The translations under genes and the position numbers were made by a program. DNA of 63,340 bases, counting the filler, from Salisapilia sapeloensis CBS 127946 (lineage: Eukaryota; Protista; Oomycota): the NCBI GenBank assembly GCA_023334545.1. It is 18 parts of 18 records of this genome, joined end to end, with 100 filler letters (N's around TTAATTAATTAA, not from the genome) between each part and the next. Parts side by side here need not be neighbours in the genome. Positions count along the whole stretch, not along the records: positions 20,785 to 25,900 come from JAADVB010000639.1; positions 26,001 to 31,850 come from JAADVB010000586.1; positions 31,951 to 45,993 come from JAADVB010000391.1; 15 more parts are not named here. One strand, given 5' to 3'. A model generated the notes under the pieces. That model made no database searches. It saw only the letters and a program-made list of their open reading frames with translations, and had not been told where the DNA came from. Positions 22,324 to 31,952 of this stretch are shown one piece after another (positions within the stretch are counted from its first letter, which is position 1; every line of letters starts with the position of its first letter).

Positions 22324-25162
22324 TTAAATCAATTTAATAACTGTTTCGTCTATTCCTGGTAGATCGATTTGCTATTCGTACTATAAGTTTGTGATGCATT
22401 GCTTTACGTCTACTCTTATAGTCTGAGCAGTGACCACTAGTATCTTAAGGCAGAGCTCGGTTGTAGAGGCTACTGTGGATAGGTTTTGATGCTAGAAACA
22501 ATCGATACACGGTACAAGAGCATTTCATCACGAACAAGAAGGAGATATCCTTCCGAACAGATATGATGATTGCGATGGCATTCACGTCTGTTTACTGCTT
22601 CGAGTGAAAAGTTTAGAATTGATTCTAAAAAGCGAACTGTGTCGTGTTTGTGTGGAATTATGCAATGCCTTTATTACAGATGATCCCTTCCATTCGTTTC
22701 GATCAACAGACTTGGAACCTTTACTCCATTCGTGAAGATTATTATGCTTTCTTCTTGCTGTACTTCATAGAGCTAACAGTCGAAGACATACAGGTTCGTA
22801 TAATGCGTTATTAAATTTGCACGAGAGAATAATGTTCTGATCGCTTACTCATTACCACTAGGAGCTACGTTGGTTCCTCCACTAAATTCGCGATTTAAAT
22901 CGTTTAGTCTCATGCTTTCAAGGAAGGCATAAAGATATGTATTCCCCTTTGAGTTTCTCTCACATGCCTCTACACAAGCTCTCCTTTGGTATCTCGTTAT
23001 CCTCCAAGTTCATATAATTTACAGTCTTTACTTTATCGTAGCTGAACGTTGAACGTGACGTATAGCATCCTTAGGAACGGGTAGACACAGTCAAAACTCG
23101 TAAGCGCATTGTGTTCGAAACCTCTAGCTCGCGCACGAGGCGTTCGTTGTGCGGACAAATAGACTGTATGCCTAGAGCTTATGATCAGAACAGTTTGGAC
23201 ATCTTTGCGTCGATTGTGGTGATTTTGTTGCAGCAAAAGTTATATACAAAGGTGATGAAATCTACGGCGCAAACGGAATATAACCAATATATTCCAAGTG
23301 AAAGAAATAGTTCCAGTCGCAAGTGAAACTCTAGAGTGATCCGTTCTTGCTATGCCCAGCTCTTAATTCTATATGGACAAGCTTTCTATAAGCGTACGAT
23401 TTCAGATCCATCATGGCGACATGAAACGAGCAGGGCTCGCAGCTTTGAAAAGTTGCCGGTTGTTTCTTCGACAGGGTTTTCTACAGCATTACTAGATAAA
23501 CCAAATGAGTTGAGAGCTAGCTAAAAAATGTGCATTCCATGTTGCTATACGGGGTGAAATGCTGTGATATTTTGCTGTGCAGAGCTTTGTAACGTTGTTT
23601 CCGTAGAGCATACTACAATGCCAGGAAGGTAAGTAGTCTGATGTGATACACTCATCGATTCACTTGCTCGTTTTTCACTTTGGGTGAAAGGGATAAAGTT
23701 GACAGCTTATCATCATCGACACCTTCGTTTAAAGTCGCCAAACCTAGGATCGACATCCTTGGTATGTCTAAATGTCAATGGCCAAAGCAAGAGGGAGACG
23801 CAGATGATCGCTCGATTTGTGAGCTTTATTATAATCGAAAGGAGCAATAGATGTTGGAAAGAAAATTGCGAACTGATAGAGATGAACATGAATGGACATA
23901 TCGACCAAGGTAGAGCAAGACATGGAAGGGGTTTCTCCGTATCGAAGCACACGCTAGACTGGAAACTTAGCAACGTGCGAGTAGAACCAAGTCGACTTCA
24001 TTCCTACTCGCATCAGTCACGGCTGTGGATCAACATAATTTTAAATGAAAATAGTTCATAGACAATCATGAGGCAAATAAGCTTACCAATTCTATGCGTT
24101 AAGAAATGGAGCTGACCCTAAAACTTAAATTTTCGCTGAAACCTTGAAAACTTCCGATAGCACGAGCGCATAAATTTATACCCGTTTTCTACTTCCATAG
24201 TCTCAATGACGGCCAGCAAGTACACGGTTGATAAACAGCTTTATAAATGAAATGCTCTTAGTGTGAAGGCTTTGACCCGTATTCGGTCATGGTAACCCAG
24301 CATCATGACAGACGATGATCCGAACTAGACGAGCCCATGTTCACTTTATCGGTACTTGGAGATTCCAAAGGACGTCGTCTACTAAGATCATTAGCTTGAT
24401 AAACTTTCAATCATTTGCAGCAATAATCTGTGCCTAGAGAAACAGGGAACTGGATTTCGTGAATAGCTGTCAAAGTATCCTGAAACAACTAACCTCGCGT
24501 CCATAAAAAATGACCAATTTAGATTTGTCACATGCCATCACGACGGATCAGTAGGGGTTGTCAGAGATTAAACGTCAAGCAAGTATTAGTTTTCTGTGAC
24601 TATGATTCCTATTACCAGCGTTCATAATAATCATACAACCAACTTCAAACCTCCGTGCTTCGATATCGATAGAATATACTTCTGCTTGTATTGAACTTTA
24701 AGTTATATTAATATATTTAATTTCCATGAAGTCTCATGAAGCATGTCCCTCTTATACTGGACACGAGCTTACCGAATTGCATTCGCTCCTGTCGATGAGG
24801 GAACGAGTACACTCTTCTATATTTCAGTATCTCAGCTTCGGATAACTCGAAAATATCAGAACTAGAGGGTCGATAGATCAGCTCACGGTGACTTTCTAAG
24901 ACAATTCTGCTCTCTATGAACGTGACCTTGATGGCTCTTGTCACATGCAGCGCTGATAAACTCATGAAGAAGACAGCATAGCTTACGCGGATGTGCAAAA
25001 TTCATAGAACACTCTAGATGGCTTCAGAGCCAAGGTACCAACAAATTTTGGCGGGAAGAAAAGGGGACGTTCAATAGTTCGCACGTGAGGATGTAATTTT
25101 CTTCTTTCTAGCCAATCGGAGATAGTTGAAGTTGACGTGAGCCGAAAGCTCGGTCGTTCCGA

Positions 25163-25177
25163 TCATTCCGCAATTTG
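25163..25177 (+). promoter_or_regulatory. Oomycete Inr/FPR core promoter element
   Basis: TCATTCCGCAATTTG is a perfect fit to TCATTYBNNNWTTY and ends 32 bp upstream of the ATG at 25210. Confidence 0.8.
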
Positions 25178-25209
25178 CTACGAACGACACAAGCGCTATA
25201 CAAAAGAAA

Positions 25210-25710
25210 ATGCAGCTCCAATCGACCTTTGCACTCATGACGCTTGCCGTTGCGGCTGTGCACGCACAGGAAAACAACGACGCCGACTCGATTCTTGACA
25301 ATGTTGATGAAGACACGATTGATGACATCGCTTCTGCGGCGAAAAGTTTCTTTGGCGAGGGATCAGAAGCGAGTGGAAGCAATAGTGCTGTGGAAAACCT
25401 CGCGTCTGATGCCAAATCGGCGCTCGACGATGTCAAGTCTTCCATGGAGTCCGGTACTGACGATGTAAAGTCTTCGGCCGAGTCAACTGTCGACGATGTC
25501 GAGTCCGGTTTGAGCGACGCCAAGTCCATGGCCGAGTCTGGTTTGAGCGATGCTCAGTCCACGGCCGAGTCTGGTTTCGACGATGCCAAGTCCACGGTCG
25601 AGTCGGCGGTTTCTGACTCTGGCGACTCTGGTAGCGATGCTGCCGCTTCTGTGACTGCCGGCAGTGCTGCCGTCACGGTCATGGCCGCCACAGCCGCTTA
25701 CTTCCTTTAG
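25210..25710 (+). CDS. Secreted, probably GPI-anchored D/S-rich protein with 11-aa repeats (166 aa)
   Basis: Signal peptide MQLQSTFALMTLAVAAVHA; 33-bp repeats (ESGLSDAKSMA / ESGLSDAQSTA / ESGFDDAKSTV) at 25501-25599; hydrophobic C-terminus AAVTVMAATAAYFL. Confidence 0.88.
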   Translation: MQLQSTFALMTLAVAAVHAQENNDADSILDNVDEDTIDDIASAAKSFFGEGSEASGSNSAVENLASDAKSALDDVKSSMESGTDDVKSSAESTVDDVESGLSDAKSMAESGLSDAQSTAESGFDDAKSTVESAVSDSGDSGSDAAASVTAGSAAVTVMAATAAYFL

Positions 25711-26000
25711 GTCTCTCATATTGCTATAAGGAAATCTTGTATTGACATGAACCCGAAGTTGCAATACAATTTTCGCTATCTTTGATATCTTAAGTCGATC
25801 TCTACTCTTTCGTTTCTTTATGGTCGTTGGGCTTTATTGTTCCTCCAGACCAGATACTAGGCTTCCGGATAATCGTGTAGTAGTAAAACTATTCGGGAAA
25901 NNNNNNNNNNNNNNNNNNNNNNNNNNNNNNNNNNNNNNNNNNNNTTAATTAATTAANNNNNNNNNNNNNNNNNNNNNNNNNNNNNNNNNNNNNNNNNNNN

Positions 26001-26432
26001 AAAGGTGGCACTGGGTCTACCGTCGTGGAGCCGTCCAGAATCGTTCAATTAGCTGAAGACTCGACGGGCTGGTCTGGTCGAGAATCCTGCACCGGCGAAC
26101 TCTATGAGTTTGATTCGGATCAACTCAGCCCTTCAACGACAAGTTCACTCGGTGTCTTTGCCCAGTTCACATCGTTTAGTGACAACGCTCCGATCATTGA
26201 GTCCAGAGGGCAATCATCAGATGAAGGCTCGATCTTGCGAGGTGCTTCGACCGATTCTGAGGAATGGAATATGATCATCGAAAATATATGGAGGACTAGC
26301 TCCGTGGAACTGGATCTAAAAGAACAAGAGCGTGACCGACAGTTGGCGTGGCTAAAGATGACAGAACTTCGGCTCCAACAGGATGACTCGACGAATGTGG
26401 ACTGGAAAGAAAATGAGGGAAATGATTCTTGA
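26001..26432 (+). CDS. C-terminal tail of a putative FYVE-domain protein (paralog A), 5'-truncated
   Basis: Highly similar to the minus-strand paralog at 31296-31850 (shared GASTDSEEW..II..WR.SSVELDLKEQER.RQLAWLKMTELRL). Confidence 0.6.
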   Translation, partial: KGGTGSTVVEPSRIVQLAEDSTGWSGRESCTGELYEFDSDQLSPSTTSSLGVFAQFTSFSDNAPIIESRGQSSDEGSILRGASTDSEEWNMIIENIWRTSSVELDLKEQERDRQLAWLKMTELRLQQDDSTNVDWKENEGNDS

Positions 26433-27196
26433 AGTGTGGCGTTGGAAGAGGAAAATTTATACCAATTTGTAGTAGTCTTCATCAATAATTAATAATTTAC
26501 ATGACATTTTGACCACTGCATCTCAAGTATTATCGTTCTATGATATTCAAGGTAGATTGATAAATTGGAAGGTCGGACAATTGTGTTAAAAGCTCCAAAC
26601 CGTAAATGTGGCCTGAGTGCCGTCCTACGAATAAAGCTAAGGGAACTGCGTAAAAATTCTTTCAGCAAACTATTAATGTCGGTAGAAACTTGAGTATCCG
26701 AAGTTTCTGACGTATTTAAATTATCTAAAAATATGATTGCAGATGTAAGATAGCTGAGCTCTTAGCCGTGTACCGAAGTATATGTTGATGTCGCCCATAA
26801 ATGCCTTTTGTCAGCACAAGCAATGACAATTCACTGAAAGTACATAGTTGAGATACACCAAATTAGAATGAGAAGCAGACAGGAATTAAAATTGCAATAA
26901 ATGCACTACCTTGGACTGAATCCTCGTAATTTATTCTATTTATGCGCTTTCTGAAACTTATGTGATAATAAATTTCTCTTCTCATGTATCGCATAGCTTG
27001 CTTCATGTATGTTTTCTTCATTTCCGGTTATGATCTAATATAATAGGGGGTTTAAAGTTATGATTTTTCATCTGATCGTTGACTGATCTTTCGACTACTT
27101 GTCTACCTTAACGTACTTACTTTAGAAGCTAATTGCATATAACAATTGTTGACTTTCAACTTTAGGTCACGACACTCTAAGTTTCCGCGCAGAAGT

Positions 27197-28237
27197 ATGC
27201 CGAAGGATACGCGCTCTAAGCCGAAGTAAGGCCATACGACGTTGCATCAGCAGCGTGTTATGGTAGAGTTGATAGGGGCAGTCGAGAATTATCACATTAT
27301 CAAGGACGGCTCGAACAAAGGAAAGTCAGTAAAGTATGGAGGCGGTATCACACGCATCCGAGGGTTTGCTACGATAGCTGAATATGTGTTCAAAGTCACA
27401 AAACGATATGCCAAGGTAGACGGTGAAGTGAACGAGTGTTATCTTTATAAATGACCAGCAGAGACATGTCAGAGTCAGTGGAAATCCATTTTAAACGGTA
27501 CCTAGCCACACGAGATAAGATCGTGAACCAAACCGACTTTGGCACCACCGATGCAATGCTCAATGACGGTTTAACGTTTGAAGATATGGTTGGCAAAAGC
27601 TGCCCATTCTACTACCGACTACCGTATCGACGCTGTTGCTGGTCGGTAGAGTAACGTTGAACCTGCGCCACAGATTTACGAGCCAATCTTGAGTGAAGAC
27701 GACAACGGCAATCTTGGTGACTATTGCAGCCAATCTGGCTATGCTATCACTAGCGACAAAAGATATGGTGGTAATGGGCTAGAAATAGAAGAGCGTGCAG
27801 ATGTATCGGGGCTACCGGGTGATGCTTATCAGACATCACCTATCTCTGCATTTCCAGCGTTAGCCCCAGAAGTTCAACCTATTGCTGATTGTCATGCGGT
27901 TGAGAACAAAGGCTCTAAAACAGTAAAGGATGCTAAACGCAAAGACTTTGGCAGTGTGTACGTTGAGGCCGCGGAAGAGAGGCTTCGTTTCGAAGAGAAG
28001 CGTTTTAAAGCGGATACGGAATCGCGAGAGCACTAGCATAAATCCGAAATGAGTTTACGTCGGGAAGAACTACAACTAAAAGCTAAGAAACAAAGCGATG
28101 CTCTAATTGCCAAGCAAGAAGAAGAACGCAACAAACTCATAATACAGCTGCTGTAGAGTGGAAGCTCTGTCAATCAAGTTAAAAAGACAGTAAATTCGTT
28201 CTTCTCACCTACTGAAGCTCATAAAGCGATTGTATAG
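27197..28237 (+). pseudogene. Harbinger ORF1 (Myb/SANT-like DNA-binding protein with coiled-coil tail), disrupted
   Basis: KSCPFYYRL motif and EERLRFEEKRF...RREELQLK tail. Contains frameshifts and in-frame TAG stops at 28034 and 28154. Confidence 0.7.
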
Positions 28238-28378
28238 GTTCATCATCGTGAGGTCAAGATAAACCAAATCAATTCCATTTATTATGTTCGCGTAATAATT
28301 GCATTAAAATTAAATCGAGAAAACTACTCGAAACATCTATCTACGTCCCAAGAGCTCTTCCTTTAACTGCCCACGCCG

Positions 28379-29547
28379 TTAAACGCCTTCTTGGCGAAGG
28401 TCTGATCCGCTAACAGTCTCAGATATCTGAGGCGCATCATCAACCTCATCATCATGAACTAGTACTTCATCTTCCCACGGGTCGTTCCTATGAATGCCAA
28501 TGTTATGTAATAGCACGCACGCAAGAATTTGATTATTGACTGCGGCGTTATCGGATCGAAGGCGAATTTGCGTACGAATGCCTTTTAAAGACATCCAAAG
28601 GTTCTTCAGCAATCCAATGCAGTTTTCATTTATGGCTCGAGCACTTGATGGAATTTCATTGAAAGCTATGTTCTCTGCTGTGTCAGCTGCGGGTCGCTCA
28701 AACGGAACGATGAGGCATGGCGTAAGAGTATATCCTGTATCACCAACAAGAAATTCATCGCTGCCAAAGAACTGTTCCGGGTGTTGATAAGCAGGCATCT
28801 TTGAGAAAACAGTGGAGTCGTGACAAGATCCTGGTTAGCCCGTGAAAGCCATAAGGATCCGTTTGCTCTCATCGCAAATGACCTGGACGTTAAAGTTGTA
28901 TCGATACTTTCTGTTGTAGTGCTGCACGCTGTCGATGTGAGGCTTTTGGTCGAAGATCACATGCGTACCATCAACAAAGCCTACGATCCCGTTCAATCCA
29001 TAGCGTTCGCGATGATATGCTGAGCTCATCGCTCGACGGGCGGATGATGGCCACCCAACAAAGCGACGGTAGTGACAGAGGAGCGCTTTTTGGACTCGAC
29101 GAACGTGTAACAGCATGGTATCTGCTCCAATCTTGAATGAACGAGGGACGCGTCCAACGGCGTTCGCGTTTCCAAAGCCTTAATATCACTCCAATGCGAC
29201 GGCTATTGGTAAATGCATGCTGCTTTGATAGTTGCGACTTTTGCTACAAAGCACGCCATATCTTTTATAAGCTCATGGATAAAGAGAAATGTCGACTTCA
29301 TAACGCGCAGCACTTGATAAAAAACATTATCCGTCATCTCGAGTACTGCATGTCAATTAGACGCAGTGTGTGGTCGAATACCCCGTGGAGCTGAATACCG
29401 ACAGGAGGATAATCCACCGTACATGTTGAGCAGCTCTTCAACGTCAAAAGTGTTTTTTTAAGCGACGGTGATCTCAGAAAAGAGTGCTGCTTAAAGCAAG
29501 GGACCAGAGATGCATTTGCGTAGCTTTTTCTTCTTAGAGGGAGGCAT
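28379..29547 (-). pseudogene. Harbinger DDE_Tnp_4 transposase, disrupted
   Basis: LRVMKSTF, GFVDGTHV, YNRKYRYNFNVQVICD, G*PGSCHDSTV, FLVGDTGY, SSARAINENCIGLLK and ACVLLHN. Confidence 0.92.
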
Positions 29548-29808
29548 TTTGCGTTCGAAATTCAAGTGCTCGGTTCCTTTTGCTGCGCTTTAGCTCGTAC
29601 TCGTCGACTTTTGTTGTCAAGTGCATGTTCAAGAACATTTAGTATTTTAATGAAGTTATAAAATGATGTAGGCATGCGAACACTTTTGATATGTCTATCG
29701 TTTGAGAATTAAAGTTCGAGCGCTGGCAAAAGATCAAAAACTACGACTGAGCGTTTGACCGATTTCCTGTCGAAAGATCAGACAAAAATCTTAGCTTTGA
29801 AACCCAAT

Positions 29809-30053
29809 AGGGGGTGTCAAACCTGCCAAAATTGCAAAATATAATGAGGTGTCTGATTGCCAAATAATTGTCCATAACTTCTAAAATAATCGCAAGTTTT
29901 ATTTCGAACGCTCATGAATCAGTCAGGCTCTAAATAGGATAAACCACATCCGGAGGTGGTTTGTTTTATTTTGGAAATAAGATCAGTGGAGCTGAAAGAT
30001 AAGAATCTTATTTAAGAAAAATAAGGCATTTTTTGCCAGGTTTGACACCCCCT
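29809..30053. mobile_element. 245-bp MITE
   Basis: 17-bp perfect TIR AGGGGGTGTCAAACCTG (23 bp with one mismatch). Flanked by AAT on both sides (alternative parse: TA target site). AT-rich interior with a hairpin AAACCAC/GTGGTTT at 29941-29962. Confidence 0.88.
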
Positions 30054-30134
30054 AATGTCTAGATAGGTAGGAACCGAATAGACCGTTGGTTTCATATAAA
30101 AATGCATCATAAGACAATTCGAAATGAAGTGGGC

Positions 30135-31284
30135 ATGCGAGAAGAAAAGATCAAAGAAGTGAGAGGAACGGAGAGGCGACTAACAAAGGTGGTTTAAGAC
30201 ATTGGAAATCTGGACGGGATCGAGCGGAAACGACTGTACAAGAAATAAAGTTACCATCTCTAGCGCTTCCAGTTTCAGCTGGACTTAGCAGTGATGCTGG
30301 AAATGACAATGAAGAAGGTGGTGCCTTGCAGTCGATCAATCATCGTCAAGCCTTTTCAGAAACTCACGATCCAGAGGAAGAGCTGAAAAGGCAGGAGCGG
30401 AAAGTGAAGGAGGATATAATGGAATCCACTGTGGCGGATGACGAGGTGGCTCAAGAGTTTGATTAGCTTAAGCAAGAAATTAGCAAGGTTTTAGATAGAG
30501 GAGGAGGAGGAAAGGTTCCGGTGAACGATGTCCTAGCCTTGTATGGGGAAGTCATGCTGAAGCCGCTGGATCTGACGTAGTGTGGAGTGAAGTAGTTGCG
30601 AACTTTATTGCGGCTGTTAAAAGATGTATGTAAGATAGTGCCATCTCGGCTAGAAGGTGATATGGAAACACTCGAATAGCCTTTAGCATCCGAAGACGAC
30701 AATGGAAATGGTCCGAAGTGTCTTTGAAATTCGTTTTACTGCCGATTTTGATCTTTTCCCAGCTACGATACACGGCAAGAAGTTCATAATCACGAGAGGT
30801 CTACATGGCACTTTCGGAATATGCAGACAAAGAGGCAACGAAATGAGCCTGGTAAGTGGACACTGGTGTTGAGTTTTTGGAACAAGACAATTGACAGGAT
30901 CAGTGGAGAGCTTTGTCAACATAACAAGCTTACTGGGAGAATGTTGCAAAGCGATCGTCAAACTCCAGAACTAGAGGGTGAAGATGCTATGATGGGCATT
31001 TGAGAGGACGACGAGTCAAAATAGCGTTTATAATGATTTAATGTACTAGACCGAGGTTTTAACAAAAAAGATAGCGTGAACGGGATTTGATCGATGAAGT
31101 ACAAGTGACAGTAGAAGCAACGGATGGAACGCTTCAGCCCGATCACGTAAGTATCGACCACTTAACAAAAGAAGTCGCCGACGACAGCTACCTAAAAGGA
31201 GATGACGAAACACCTTGGACACTAGGAGCGAGTACACAACGAAATGGTAAAAGTGTCATACTAGGAAAGTATTTATTAGCATGA
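30135..31284 (+). pseudogene. Decayed gene containing a LOTUS (OST-HTH)-like domain
   Basis: [58 protein letters not shown] (about 30458-30640) follows the LOTUS pattern (LKxEIxxLL..G.v.l..l...Y.e..g.pL....G..sl..LL..l.dv). In-frame TAG stops at 30464, 30578 and 30593. Confidence 0.6.
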
Positions 31285-31295
31285 CTTAATAGGAA

Positions 31296-31850
31296 TTAAT
31301 CCACATTTCGTAAGCCCATTTTAACATTCAAAGGAGCGTCTTCTTCTCCTTCCCTCCATCCTACAGTGGTCGAATCGTCCTGTCGAAGTCGCAATTCGGT
31401 CATCTTCAGCCATGCCAGTTGCCGACCACGCTCTTGTTCTTTAAGATCCAGTTCTACGGAACTATTCCTCCATACCTGTTCGATGATCATATCCCATTCC
31501 TCTGAATCCGTCGAAGCACCTCGCATGATAGAACCTTCATCCGAGCACTTCCTTTTAGACTGGATAATCGGAGTATCTTCACTAAATGATGTCAGTTCAG
31601 CGAAGGCACTCAGTGATCCTTCCGTCGAAGGGCTAAGCTGACCGGAATCAAACTCGTAAACTTCACCGGCACAAGATTCTCTGCCAGGCCAAGCGCTCGA
31701 ATTCTCGGTCAGCTGAGAGATCCTGGACGGTTCGACGATTGTGGATCCATTGCTCTCGTTTTCGTACCTTCCAGCTAGAAGTTCTTGTCGAGCAACTTTA
31801 TAAGAATTGACCTGATCAGTAAAGTGGTCGCAAGTTGGGCAGATGCGAAC
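31296..31850 (-). CDS. C-terminal part of a putative FYVE-domain protein (paralog B), 5'-truncated
   Basis: Frame is open from the linker: VRICPTCD (resembles the VRVCxxC end of a FYVE finger), then the tail shared with 26001-26432. Confidence 0.6.
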   Translation of the reverse strand, partial: VRICPTCDHFTDQVNSYKVARQELLAGRYENESNGSTIVEPSRISQLTENSSAWPGRESCAGEVYEFDSGQLSPSTEGSLSAFAELTSFSEDTPIIQSKRKCSDEGSIMRGASTDSEEWDMIIEQVWRNSSVELDLKEQERGRQLAWLKMTELRLRQDDSTTVGWREGEEDAPLNVKMGLRNVD

Positions 31851-31952
31851 NNNNNNNNNNNNNNNNNNNNNNNNNNNNNNNNNNNNNNNNNNNNTTAATT
31901 AATTAANNNNNNNNNNNNNNNNNNNNNNNNNNNNNNNNNNNNNNNNNNNNGG

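Larger units (their letters stand above)
27046..29805. mobile_element. Full-length degenerate PIF/Harbinger DNA transposon (about 2.76 kb, two convergent ORFs)
   Basis: Imperfect TIRs of about 35 bp: left GGGTTT-AAAGTTATGATTTTTCATCTGATC, right (reverse complement) GGGTTTCAAAGCTAAGATTTTTG-TCTGATC. AATA flanks both ends. Encloses a Myb/SANT-like ORF1 and a DDE_Tnp_4 transposase. Confidence 0.85.
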
